DNA of 64,000 nucleotides from a virus (lineage: Duplodnaviria > Caudoviricetes). The notes under the pieces are model-generated. The model was not told the DNA's origin. It worked only from the letters and a program-made list of their open reading frames with translations, and did not search any database. Made by a program: the position numbers and the translations under genes. Numbering within the stretch: the stretch's first letter is position 1; the number at the start of each line of letters is the position of its first letter. The stretch is from positions 3,706 through 67,705 of IMG/VR virus record IMGVR_UViG_3300042937_000528; one strand, written 5' to 3'. Positions 19,064 through 30,100 of the stretch are shown one piece after another.

Positions 19064-19111
19064 TTTTGTATTTTATTTTATATTGATAAATTAATTTAAT
19101 ACGGTATATTT

Positions 19112-19142
19112 AACACAGGGTCTATTCCCTGTGTTTTTTTTT
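19112..19142 (+). terminator. Intrinsic terminator after tail tube
   Basis: AACACAGGG-tctatt-CCCTGTGTT followed by a T run to 19142. Confidence 0.75.
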
Positions 19143-19892
19143 ATGGACGAAAATTTATTACAATACGCACAACAAGAATTTAATTTACCACACGATGTGG
19201 TAAGATTACCATCTGAAGGTAAATTCTACAAATCAAAGAAAAAATCTGTTAAAGTTGGTTATTTGACAGCTGCAGATGAGAATGTCATCATGGGGTCAAA
19301 TACCGATGACATGATTATGACATTAGTTCGTTCAAAATTGTACGAACCAGATTTGAAACCTGATGAAATGTTAAATGGTGATATTGAAGCAATTTTAATA
19401 TTTTTAAGAAATACTTCTTTTGGACCTGAATATAAAATCAGTATTAATGACCCTGAGACTGGTAAGAAATTTTCTGCCGATATATTGTTGGACGAATTGG
19501 ATTTTAGAAAACCATCAACCGACCCAAATGAAGATGGTACTTTTGATGTAGTATTACCAAAGTCACAAGCATCTGTTAAATTAAAACCACTTATATATAA
19601 AGAAATTCAAGAACTTAATAAAGTGGCTGACTCATATCCGGCTGGAAGGGTTGCACCAAGAGTTACAATGAAACTTCAAAAACAAATTTTATCTGTTAAT
19701 GGTGATACATCACCATCAACAATTATTAAATTTATTGAAGGATTACCAATTATGGATTCAAAATTCATTAGAAAATTTATTGATGAAAATGAACCAAGAT
19801 TAGAATTAACCAAAACAGTTATAGCCCCGTCAGGAAACAAGGTAGATGTTGAAATCGCCTTTGGGGTGGAGTTTTTTCGGGTTTTCTTCTGA
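19143..19892 (+). CDS. Tail/baseplate assembly chaperone (T4 gp26-like)
   Basis: Two LPS/LPKS-type repeats (VRLPSEGKFY, VVLPKSQ), LTAADE, GDIEAILIFLR. ATG 19143 follows the terminator; the track GTG lies inside the hairpin. Confidence 0.65.
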   Translation: MDENLLQYAQQEFNLPHDVVRLPSEGKFYKSKKKSVKVGYLTAADENVIMGSNTDDMIMTLVRSKLYEPDLKPDEMLNGDIEAILIFLRNTSFGPEYKISINDPETGKKFSADILLDELDFRKPSTDPNEDGTFDVVLPKSQASVKLKPLIYKEIQELNKVADSYPAGRVAPRVTMKLQKQILSVNGDTSPSTIIKFIEGLPIMDSKFIRKFIDENEPRLELTKTVIAPSGNKVDVEIAFGVEFFRVFF

Positions 19893-20028
19893 TTATAGGA
19901 AACATCAATTAGACGAATTTTTTATTCTGAGTAGAGATTTACACATGTCTTGGACAGACTTTCAAAAAATGCCCACGTATGCTCGTAGGTATATTGTAGA
20001 CAAATTAATAGAATCTTATCAAAAATAA
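19879..20028 (+). CDS. Probable frameshift-accessed C-terminal extension of the chaperone (G/GT-type)
   Basis: +1-frame ORF overlapping the chaperone end with no convincing start; HMSWTDFQKMPTYARRY; directly precedes the tape measure gene. Confidence 0.5.
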   Translation, partial: GFSSDYRKHQLDEFFILSRDLHMSWTDFQKMPTYARRYIVDKLIESYQK

Positions 20029-20037
20029 GATTTATTC

Positions 20038-20044
20038 TATTTAT
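20038..20044 (+). promoter_or_regulatory. TATTTAT motif, 6 nt before tape-measure ATG
   Basis: Recurrent heptamer. Confidence 0.55.
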
Positions 20045-20050
20045 TAGAAT

Positions 20051-21886
20051 ATGCAAGCGGCTCCACCACCAAATAATCAACCAAATAACTCCAATGCTGC
20101 CTCACAGGCTCAAGCGGTTATTAATGATTTTACGGCAACTATCAATAGGGGTTATGACAGTTGGTTATCTAGAACCAAAGTTTTAGAACAATCTTTTTCT
20201 GATTTTACGGCAAAAATGGCTGGCACTTTTGGTCAAACCCAAATGGCCATTAAAGGTTTGACTGTTGAATTGGCTGTTGCGACACCATTAGTTACAGGTT
20301 TAGGTGGAAGTTTAACAGATGTTCAAAATATTCAAAAAGGAATTGCCGACAGTTTAAATACAAATGTAATAACTCTTGGTGAAACTGTTGGTGATTTATA
20401 CGCTGCGGGTCAGGCGGTTGGAATTGATTCGGGTCAAATTGGTGATATGGTTAAAGGATTCCAAGATGCGGGAATTCAAACAGGAAATATTAAAGAAAAT
20501 ATTCAACTATCCGTTGATATTGCAAGAAAAGTTGGTGTTAACACAAGTGCGGTATTTGGACTTGTTAGAGACAATTTAAGTAATATAAATAAATATGGTT
20601 TTGAAAATGGTGTTGCTGGTTTAGCTAAAATGTCGGCACAAGCGGCTTCATTACGTATTAATATGAATGAAATTTTTGGATTTGCTGAAAGGGTATTCAA
20701 TCCTGAAGGTGCCGTTGAAATGGTTTCCGCTTTCCAAAGGTTAGGTGTTGCTGCTGGTGATTTAGCGGACCCATTTAGATTAATGTATTTGGCATCTGAA
20801 GATACTGAAGAACTACAGAATCAAGTTGCTAAAATGACTGAAAAGTTTACATACTTTGATGAAAAAACAAAATCATTTAAAGTATTCCCTAATGCCAAAC
20901 GTGATTTACGAGAAATTGAAAAAGAAACGGGTATAGCATATAATGATTTGGTGAAAATGTCTGAAGGTCAACAAAAGTTGAACATGATTAGAAGCGAATT
21001 CAAAACAAATGCTATTGACGAAGAATCCAAACAATTTATTGCAAATGTTGCTCAATACAACAAAGATAAGGGTGGATTTACAGTTAAAGTTGGGGGAATG
21101 GATAAATTAGTTTCTGAAATTAATCCAGCCGACCTTGATGAGATAAAAAAATCGCAAGAAACCGTTACTGTTGAAGATTTGGCAAAGGCTCAATTAAATC
21201 AAACAGAATTACAAACCGCCGCTTTAAATAAGTTAGTTGATAGTCTTGCCGCTCCCGTAGCTGGTTCAAAAGCCCCAAGAGAACTTAGAGAATTTGGTCG
21301 AGCTGTTACACAAGTCGGAATGACGGCAACTGACAAAACCCTTGGAAACCAAAGAGGGGCAATATCATCTATTGATAAGTTTTATGATGAAACAGGTAAA
21401 AGTGTTATTGATTTATTAAAAGGAGAGGGAAGCCCAGCAAAAATTGCTGAAATTTTCAAAAATGCGGGTATGGATGTACAACAAAGTTTTTCTAATATAA
21501 AACAATCAATTACAAGTATTGATTTTAAATCGGCAATCCAACCATATGTAAGTTCGGGTAATAAAATTGCTGAAGCCGCTGATTTGGCAGTAAAAGGACT
21601 TACTAATTTAGCCACAAGAGCCACAGCATCGGGAACAATTCCAAATAGAATTGAAACCAACCAAGCACAATCACCAATTAATCAAACAATAAAAGTTGAG
21701 GATATTAATTATAAAGGAGCAATTGAAATTAAAGTTACAACACCAAATGGAAGTACTAGTAATTTAACTGACACCCAAGTTTATGATTTATTTAAAAACG
21801 AAACATTTATTAAACAAATTAATAAAATGATTAGTGATGGTAGTGTTAAGGGTCCATACAGTGCCGTTCCAAACAATACTAGATAA
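20051..21886 (+). CDS. Tape measure-like protein
   Basis: Helical, Ala/Gln/Lys-rich 611 aa; position after tube and chaperone. Confidence 0.65.
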   Translation: MQAAPPPNNQPNNSNAASQAQAVINDFTATINRGYDSWLSRTKVLEQSFSDFTAKMAGTFGQTQMAIKGLTVELAVATPLVTGLGGSLTDVQNIQKGIADSLNTNVITLGETVGDLYAAGQAVGIDSGQIGDMVKGFQDAGIQTGNIKENIQLSVDIARKVGVNTSAVFGLVRDNLSNINKYGFENGVAGLAKMSAQAASLRINMNEIFGFAERVFNPEGAVEMVSAFQRLGVAAGDLADPFRLMYLASEDTEELQNQVAKMTEKFTYFDEKTKSFKVFPNAKRDLREIEKETGIAYNDLVKMSEGQQKLNMIRSEFKTNAIDEESKQFIANVAQYNKDKGGFTVKVGGMDKLVSEINPADLDEIKKSQETVTVEDLAKAQLNQTELQTAALNKLVDSLAAPVAGSKAPRELREFGRAVTQVGMTATDKTLGNQRGAISSIDKFYDETGKSVIDLLKGEGSPAKIAEIFKNAGMDVQQSFSNIKQSITSIDFKSAIQPYVSSGNKIAEAADLAVKGLTNLATRATASGTIPNRIETNQAQSPINQTIKVEDINYKGAIEIKVTTPNGSTSNLTDTQVYDLFKNETFIKQINKMISDGSVKGPYSAVPNNTR

Positions 21887-21911
21887 ATTTAATAAAAAAT
21901 AAAGGTGCTTC

Positions 21912-21918
21912 TATTTAT
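21912..21918 (+). promoter_or_regulatory. TATTTAT motif
   Basis: 15 nt before ATG 21934. Confidence 0.5.
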
Positions 21919-21933
21919 AGATGATACAACAAC

Positions 21934-24900
21934 ATGCCAAGTCGTTTAACTTTTAGTGCTACGAAATTAAAAAGGGATGAGTTACTTTTAAGAAACTTAA
22001 GACCTTACAATAAACCAGGTGTTTATACACCTGTAGGTAGCCCTGGTGTTAATGAATATATCAGAAGTGATTATTCAGTTATTGATTCCCCTGACGCATT
22101 AATTGATAGTGACCCATTTGCAGATAAATTATATACTAATAATGTGTTTGGACCTTTGGGTGGATACAACAAAGACATTAGTGGTTTAATTAATACACAA
22201 CAAACATTATCAAATCAAGGTCCTTATACTCAAACACCACCATATACCGAAGCGTTACAATTGTATTCAGTATCGTTTCAAAAAAGACAATACATTAAGA
22301 ATGTTTATTCGCCAGGAAACCAATACACCTATTATGACATGGGTGATGTTATTAAGGTACAGAAAAACGCCACTTATTGGGACCCACCGAGTTTTAGACC
22401 ATCATCATATTCACCATATTCTGTTCTATTAGAAAAAGACCCCTTAGGTGATAATGGTCCTGCTAGTGATGACTCACAACTTGCTCAAATGGGGGTTAAA
22501 GGGGCAAGACAAGCTTTCCAATATAGAGTTGACCAAAATGTTAGAACACAAACATTAGGTAGAGTTAATATATTAAATGGTGTTCAAGACCCCGTTAATT
22601 TATCTTTAATTTTAGCAGGTAAAAAACCGTTAATTTATAGAGATTGGAAAATTACATCAGGTGGTGGAAATATTATATCGCAAGGACAAGATATAGTCCA
22701 ACGTATCGCTGGATTTACATTACCATTTTCTCCAATACCGGGAAGTTATTACGAAGCCCGTGATATCAACTCAACCCAATCGGCAATTAAGGCGGCTGGA
22801 AATGGAAAACGTGGTGGGTTATTTGGATTATTTGGTTCAAGACCAACATCACCATCACAAGTATTTTTAGATTATACAGGTTCAGGTCAAAGAGCTCAAT
22901 TGACTCAGAACTTAGATATGAACAGATTCCGTCCACAATACAATACGGGTGGAACAGGAATTTTATCGGCCCTTGGAAATGCTATTACAGGGGCAATTGC
23001 TAACAACGCCAGTCAAGGAACTTATTATGTAGGTAGTCCTGAAAGGGAACCTGGATATTTAACATCACCTCCTGGCCAAGTACCTATTGACCCATTCGGA
23101 GCTCAAGTATTGGCACCTGTTTATGGTCCTGATGTTTTAGGAAAAGAATATGAAGGTGTTGATAAAGATTTTAAATTTGGTTTAGCGGGTAAACCATTTG
23201 TTGATGACGGTAGTATTGTTGGTGGTTTTAGTTGGGTAAGTCAAAAATGGGCACCAAACGCTGGTAGGTATCAAAAACCTGGTGGAGATTACGGAACACA
23301 AGACCCGGCATATCCATCAATATCAAATCAATTTACATCAACTGAATCAGTAAACTATGAATTCAAACCAGGTTCAATTTTAGATGACACTCAAAGATTA
23401 ATTGATTCACAACCAAATTCAGGAGCCAGATTTGGACACGTAGGTAACGCAATTAGCCAAACATCAAAAGTTTTCTTTGATGGTTATAAAGAAATTACAA
23501 AAGGTTCTCAGATTGTTAGATATTCTGATGGACAAGCCAATGTGGGTATTGAATATTGTCGTGTTTTTACCAAAGATACACCATATTATACTTTTAACAA
23601 TTTACAAAAGAAAGACGGAAATATTCGTAAGTTTTCATATTCCGTAATGGACTCTACATTTAACATTAATATTGCACCTGAAAAAGGGGGTGATAGTGTT
23701 GTTAATGGTAGGGTTAAGAAATACATGTTCTCAATTGAGAACTTGGCTTGGAGAACAGGATATAGAGCTGGATATAGAGTTGACGATTTACCGGCTTGTG
23801 AAAAAGGACCTAACGGTGGTAGAGTAATGTGGTTTCCACCATATGATTTATCATTTACTGAGGATACAAGACCATCATTTAACGAAACTACTTTCTTAGG
23901 TAGACCCGAACCAATTTATACCTATAAAAACACTTCTCGTAGTGGTACATTGAAATGGAAGATGATTGTTGACCATCCATCAATTTTGAATCTTATTGTT
24001 AATAAGGTGTTAGCAAATGAAGGTGATAGACAAAAAGTGGATTCTATTGTTGATTCGTTTTTTGCTGGTTGTAAAAAATATGATTTATATGAACTTGCTA
24101 AAATTTATAATACAGTTCCATTAACCGATTTACAAGCTTGGCAAGAAATAATTACCAATCCAAACGCAACTAACACAAATATTGTTGACGCTTCAAGAGC
24201 AACCAATACAGTACCTACAAACTCATTACAAGATGGGGGAACAACAGATGATGCCACAGGAAACCCAACATTAAACGAATATAATGGTTTTGGGTTTTAT
24301 TTTGACAATGACATACCAAGCCCAACATCGGTGGCTTTCCAAACAACATATGCTAATTATACATCAGCATCTAATAAACAAGTATATAATAACAACTCAA
24401 AAGACAAACAAGTTACAACTCAATTTTTTGATGGTGTTATTGAAGAAAACTATACAAGATTAAAAGAAATGGCTCAAAAAATGTATAATATTTTGAGTCA
24501 AAAACAAGCTTCTAGTATTTTAGTTACTTTGGAGGCAAGTGCATCACCATCGTCATCTATTGATTATAATGATAAGTTGTCTGTTAGAAGAGGTGAATCT
24601 GTGGTTGAATTCTTTAAGACTTATAGTTTTGGTGCAAATAATAATTCGTTAGGTCAATTTATTGGTTCAACATTAGTATTCAATACTATTGCAAAAGGAG
24701 AAGTTGCAAGTGTAACCCCAAGAGGTAAACAAAGTTACAGTACTTACGATTGTAAAGACGAAGCTCTTAATACTGAAAAGTATACAACAAGAGCAATGGC
24801 TTGTAGAACTGTATTATTAAAAAATGTTGAAATTAAACCAATTGAAAAGAACTCAGAACCAAGCTCAACAGCCACTGAAAATAGTGCTGCAAACAACGCC

Positions 24901-26793
24901 GCTGGAAAACCAAACACAGGACAAAAACCAGGTCAAACCAATACTGTTGTAAATCAACAACCACAAAAAGATTTATATAAAGGAGCTTCTAAAAAACTAT
25001 TAAGATACTTGTTAAATGAGTGTGATTATTTTGAAGTTTTAAAGGCGGAAAATCCATTTATTTATGATTCAATTAAAGAAAAAATAAAATATTTCCAACC
25101 AGCGTTTCACTCAACAACACCTGAAGGATTAAACTCACGTTTAACTTTCTTACAACAATGTATGAGACCTGGTGAAACAATTCCAACTATTGGAACCAAT
25201 GGTGAAAAACTTTATAATGATGCGTTAAACACATCATTTGGGGCACCACCAATTATGGTTTTACGTATTGGTGATTTTTATAATACCAAAATTGTTCCAA
25301 CATCTTTAAGTTTTTCATACGATAAGACATTTGATATGAACCCTGAAGGTATCGGTTTCCAACCTATGATTGTTGATGTCAATTTAAGTTTTAATTTTGT
25401 TGGTGGGTCAGGATTGGCAGCACCAATTGACACATTACAAAATGCATTATCATTCAACTATTACGCTAATACTGAGATGTATGATGAAAGAGCCGAAGCA
25501 ACTGAAGATACAAGTAAACTTGATAAACAAATTATCCAAGCCTTAACTCAAAATCCACCAACTGTTGGTGTTGCCAACATTCAAAATGATAAAACAAATG
25601 ATGGTGGAAATACTATTGGTGTTTCAACATTTACAGGTTTAACGGATAGTGGACAAACAGGAACTATTGAATATGCAACATTTACCAACAAATTTGTTGA
25701 TAAAACTAAAGCGTATTATAATGGTGTTATGAATACCATGAATAGTGCGTTATTAAACTATAATTATGGTATGTTGGCAATATTAAATTATGGTGGTGAT
25801 AACCAAGGATATAATACGGGTTCGTTTAATTCTTCAACACCAACAGATACCGCAATTTATGGTAAACCAATTAATACCCAAAAATATGTTGACGAAGCAT
25901 TTAAAGCATTGTTAAAAGATGTTGACGATGATAACTTACCAATATTCACATCAGGTGAATTTACAAAATCTGTAATTACAACAGCTCAAAAAAGATTGTT
26001 CAAGAAAAACTATTCAAATTTTGTTAAAACTTACAGAAGTAGTTTTTTAAATACAATTACCTCTGATGTAAATACTTTAACAGAACTACAACAAGATTAT
26101 GTTTATAATGTTGATAGAATGAATTTTGTTGCTAGTGGAACTACAACAGGACATGACGGTAAATTAAATGATAAAAATATTGCAATTATTTATATAACAA
26201 CGGGTCAAACAGAAACTGTTAATGGAACTCCAATAGATACTTTAACATCCCTTAGAAATGATTATACTTCTATAGCAACTAATAACAATCAATTTTTAAC
26301 TGATTTAACCGCAGCACAATTATATGTAACTAGTTCCTATAAACCAAATGAACCTGGCGTTTTTACACCACCAACAGGATATGAATTTTTATCAACACCA
26401 GAAAAAACAAGAGAATATTTACTAATGTCGAGAGCCTTAACAATTGAATCTATAAAAGATAATTTTTTAAACGCATTACAAGAAGGTTTAGATGTTTATA
26501 CAAAATTTGCGGTTGAATCATATTATTTTTCAGGTCCAAATTCTTTATATGTAGAATGGCCAAAATTAAATCAAACAGGCCTTGCTTTAATGACAACATT
26601 TCAAACAAATAGTACTGGTAAAAATTATGTTGATTATACACCACCATTTGGTACAACACAAAAAAGAGTTGTTGATTTTAGTGAAGATAGTGCAGCATCT
26701 GAAGACCTTAAAAAACAATTACAAAATCTTTACGCAAATAAAAACGATAGTTCAAGCATAAACCCATATAACTTCAAGAAAAAATTTAATTAA
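21934..26793 (+). CDS. Large baseplate/tube-initiator protein (gp48/gp54-like core) with an inserted OmpA-like domain
   Basis: FPPYDLSF...FLGRPEPIYTYKNTSRS and PPIMVLRIGD...PMIVDVNLSF halves; between them FYFDND...YNDKLSVRRGESV...KGE...CRTV. Confidence 0.6.
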   Translation: MPSRLTFSATKLKRDELLLRNLRPYNKPGVYTPVGSPGVNEYIRSDYSVIDSPDALIDSDPFADKLYTNNVFGPLGGYNKDISGLINTQQTLSNQGPYTQTPPYTEALQLYSVSFQKRQYIKNVYSPGNQYTYYDMGDVIKVQKNATYWDPPSFRPSSYSPYSVLLEKDPLGDNGPASDDSQLAQMGVKGARQAFQYRVDQNVRTQTLGRVNILNGVQDPVNLSLILAGKKPLIYRDWKITSGGGNIISQGQDIVQRIAGFTLPFSPIPGSYYEARDINSTQSAIKAAGNGKRGGLFGLFGSRPTSPSQVFLDYTGSGQRAQLTQNLDMNRFRPQYNTGGTGILSALGNAITGAIANNASQGTYYVGSPEREPGYLTSPPGQVPIDPFGAQVLAPVYGPDVLGKEYEGVDKDFKFGLAGKPFVDDGSIVGGFSWVSQKWAPNAGRYQKPGGDYGTQDPAYPSISNQFTSTESVNYEFKPGSILDDTQRLIDSQPNSGARFGHVGNAISQTSKVFFDGYKEITKGSQIVRYSDGQANVGIEYCRVFTKDTPYYTFNNLQKKDGNIRKFSYSVMDSTFNINIAPEKGGDSVVNGRVKKYMFSIENLAWRTGYRAGYRVDDLPACEKGPNGGRVMWFPPYDLSFTEDTRPSFNETTFLGRPEPIYTYKNTSRSGTLKWKMIVDHPSILNLIVNKVLANEGDRQKVDSIVDSFFAGCKKYDLYELAKIYNTVPLTDLQAWQEIITNPNATNTNIVDASRATNTVPTNSLQDGGTTDDATGNPTLNEYNGFGFYFDNDIPSPTSVAFQTTYANYTSASNKQVYNNNSKDKQVTTQFFDGVIEENYTRLKEMAQKMYNILSQKQASSILVTLEASASPSSSIDYNDKLSVRRGESVVEFFKTYSFGANNNSLGQFIGSTLVFNTIAKGEVASVTPRGKQSYSTYDCKDEALNTEKYTTRAMACRTVLLKNVEIKPIEKNSEPSSTATENSAANNAAGKPNTGQKPGQTNTVVNQQPQKDLYKGASKKLLRYLLNECDYFEVLKAENPFIYDSIKEKIKYFQPAFHSTTPEGLNSRLTFLQQCMRPGETIPTIGTNGEKLYNDALNTSFGAPPIMVLRIGDFYNTKIVPTSLSFSYDKTFDMNPEGIGFQPMIVDVNLSFNFVGGSGLAAPIDTLQNALSFNYYANTEMYDERAEATEDTSKLDKQIIQALTQNPPTVGVANIQNDKTNDGGNTIGVSTFTGLTDSGQTGTIEYATFTNKFVDKTKAYYNGVMNTMNSALLNYNYGMLAILNYGGDNQGYNTGSFNSSTPTDTAIYGKPINTQKYVDEAFKALLKDVDDDNLPIFTSGEFTKSVITTAQKRLFKKNYSNFVKTYRSSFLNTITSDVNTLTELQQDYVYNVDRMNFVASGTTTGHDGKLNDKNIAIIYITTGQTETVNGTPIDTLTSLRNDYTSIATNNNQFLTDLTAAQLYVTSSYKPNEPGVFTPPTGYEFLSTPEKTREYLLMSRALTIESIKDNFLNALQEGLDVYTKFAVESYYFSGPNSLYVEWPKLNQTGLALMTTFQTNSTGKNYVDYTPPFGTTQKRVVDFSEDSAASEDLKKQLQNLYANKNDSSSINPYNFKKKFN

Positions 26794-27113
26794 TGGATGC
26801 TTATTATAACCGATACCAACCATTTTTGATTAATGGTGAACAAACAGTAGTTCCATTTATTCCACTACAGTCAAAGTCATCAGACCAAAGATACATCTAC
26901 AGAACAGGGTTTAGTAGGTTAGATAAAGTATCTCAACAATATTACGGAACACCTTTTTTTGGTTGGTTAATATTACAAGGTAATCCTGAATATGGTGGGT
27001 TGGAATGGAATATTCCAAATAATGCAATATTGACAATCCCATATCCACTTATATCTTCATTACAAGATTATAAAAATGGTTTAGATAACTATTTCTTCTA
27101 TTATGGCAGATAA
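26793..27113 (+). CDS. LysM-like baseplate wedge protein (gp53/P2 X-like)
   Basis: SRLDKVSQQYYGTPFFGWLILQGNP...LTIP. Confidence 0.75.
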   Translation: MDAYYNRYQPFLINGEQTVVPFIPLQSKSSDQRYIYRTGFSRLDKVSQQYYGTPFFGWLILQGNPEYGGLEWNIPNNAILTIPYPLISSLQDYKNGLDNYFFYYGR

Positions 27114-30100
27114 TTTTGGTACAACGGACAATATCTACATTGAATCCGATTATGATAACATATTTTTAATTGACCCAAACAAGGTTGAAAATAGTCTTGG
27201 TCAACCAATGGATAGACCAATCCATCATGAAGACCTTGTTATGTATGCAAACTTGGAAGCAAAAATGTTACCAAGAACAAAATTAGCCGTTGGTTCCGCA
27301 CTAACAGATGCTGTACAAACAACACCAATTGCTTCTATTAATTTTTTAAGACCTGGTGGGAAAACAACACTAAATAACAATTATCTAAATGAAATTACGG
27401 GTTTAAATACTGTTGATGGTAAAGGTACTAATCAACCAAGTAAAACCAATGTACAACAACAAAACAAAAGTGATGATTTTTATATTAAACAAAACACAAT
27501 TAACAGTGAAGACACTGGTTTATTAGGTATTGAAAGTATAAGAGTTAAGAATACAAGAAGTTTAACACCAACTGTTGAAATTGTGTTGATTGATGTTCAA
27601 GGTAGAGCCTTATTTGAAAAAGGTGAAAATTCTGAATACGCTTGTTTTTTTAATTTACCATATCCAACATTTTATTTAACATTAAAAGGGTTTTATGGTA
27701 AAGCAATAAGATACCAACTTATTTTAACAAACTTTTCAGCTGCGTTTGAGGGTAATACGGGAAACTACAGAATTAATTTAAAATTTTATTCTTACAAATA
27801 TACAATTTTAGCAGAAACACAAGTTGGTGCTTTGTTTGCAGTACCATTCATGTATACAACGGATTATAGAATTAATAACACCGCTCCTAATTCGCCTGGT
27901 GTAAACGCCGCTCAAGTATCTAACGGAAATCCTGATGTTACAACATCTTCTGTGAGGGTAACGAAGGGTGGACAAACCATTAGAGATGTATACAAACGAT
28001 ACAAAGCTTTGGGTTTAATTTCTCCAAACCTTCCAGAACTTTCATTTCCTGAATTAAAAGCAAGGTTAGAAGCGTTAGAAAAAAACTTACAACAAAGTTT
28101 TGGACAAACTGATTTTACACCACTTTCTGATTGTGATACATATTTTAAATTATTAACAAGTCTAAGAGATAATGTGTTATCACCTAATGATGACACAAGT
28201 TGGTTTAAAAAATACATTGACCAAGAAAAAATATTTGTATTAAAACCTAGTGCTGTTGGTGGTAAGAATGGTGTACTTACTTACATTTATAATAATAACA
28301 CTAGAGCTAGTTTACAATTACAAGTTAATGCATATTCCCAATTAAAACAATTAGTAGATGGGTATAAAGTTGATTTAGCTAAAAATAAAACACTAAGTGA
28401 CCCTGGAACATTTACAATTGATGGTAAAAAACAAACATCAAAGGTAACTAAAATTAATAATTTAAACATACAACCAACAATTGTACCATCTGCAATACAA
28501 CCACCATATGTTGCGACAGGTTTTTCTGTTGGAGAAATTAGGGGACTTCTTAGTTCTAACAGAGTCGTAAATAATTTAGTTAATTCTAGTTCTGATTTAG
28601 TTGGTTCGGATTCTGTTAGAAAAAGTTTAACTGATTTTAATATTGATTGGGCGGAAACATTTAAAATTAGATACAAAAGAGAGGCTCTTTCTCCTGAAGA
28701 AATTAATGAATTAGCAATTAAAGAATCAATATTTTTTCAACCATTTCCTGATAATACTGACGGTACTAGTATTCCACCAACGTATAATTTTGTTTTTGAT
28801 GGACCTGGCAATTTTTCAGATATTATAGACAAAACATTTGAAGATTTATCTGGTCAAAAAGAAAAAATTGTTCTCGCTTTAAATGAATTTTTATCCAAAA
28901 AAATTGAAGGTAACGATGGTTTAGGATTTAAACCAACCATGAGAAATATTATGGCAATGATATTTGCGTCTGTTGAAGCTTTTTATAGATTAATGGATGA
29001 TGTTCATAGTCAAGCTTGGAGTCAAAGGTTAAACCCAATCAGAAAAAATGCGGTGTTTGATAATACAAAATCTTCTGTTAGTACAGACAGTAAAAACTTA
29101 GTACAACAAACCGACCAAAACGCTTTAAAAGATATTCCCGTATATCCTTGGCCACAATATTTTGTTGAAACAAACAATGCTGATGGTGAAAGATTTGAGT
29201 TAAGGTATCCTGGTGACCCATCAGAAATATCAAGAACAAGAGGAAACAATTATGAAGTTTGGCCTGAAGTTCAATTTGTTGAAGAATATATGAAAGGATT
29301 GGCTCAAAGAGCTAGTATTGATTTGGGTCCAAATGGTAGTAATAATGAAGCCAATGTTATAAGTAGAATTACTGTAAACGGTATTGAATTCCCAACAACA
29401 AATATACCGTATAGTGATTATGATAGTGTTAAATTTATTTATGAAATTTACGAAAGAGTGTTATTAGCGTCATATTGGGATAGATTATCCACATCAGGTG
29501 CAAAACAATTATCAATATATAACACATTGTCTGATTTAGAAGTTTCAAATATAAGAACAGCTCTTAACTCAACAAGTCCAAGCTTAACTAAAATATTAAA
29601 AAACTTTGCTTTAACACCACAAAACTTCCCATTAATTCTTAGAAGTATTTCAAATGATGGGACGGGTTCTAGTTGGCAACAATTTATTAGAGGTGAATTT
29701 ACTTCTGAGTATTTAAGAACAATTACGGAAAATGATTATGCGATTTTAAATGATTCGTTTATTAAATCAAAACCAACTACAAATAAGAATGTTCAGTCGT
29801 TAACAAATTTATCAAACTATATTAAATCAACATCATCAACACAAACAAACATAATGGATGTATATCCATTTGTTATTACTGATTGGCAAAATGAAAACTT
29901 AGCTGGTGTAAAAACATCTAAAGGTAATGTTTTTGATACCACAAAAAGTTTATTTTTAAATGATACCCAAAGATATATCACCAATTATGAAAGTGCTGAT
30001 AGTTTAAACAACAATAGACCTTTTGTTAATAATTGTTTCCTTCAAACATTATCAACACCCAAACCAATATTATCCGTTGGTGGGTCGGGAAATATTACAG

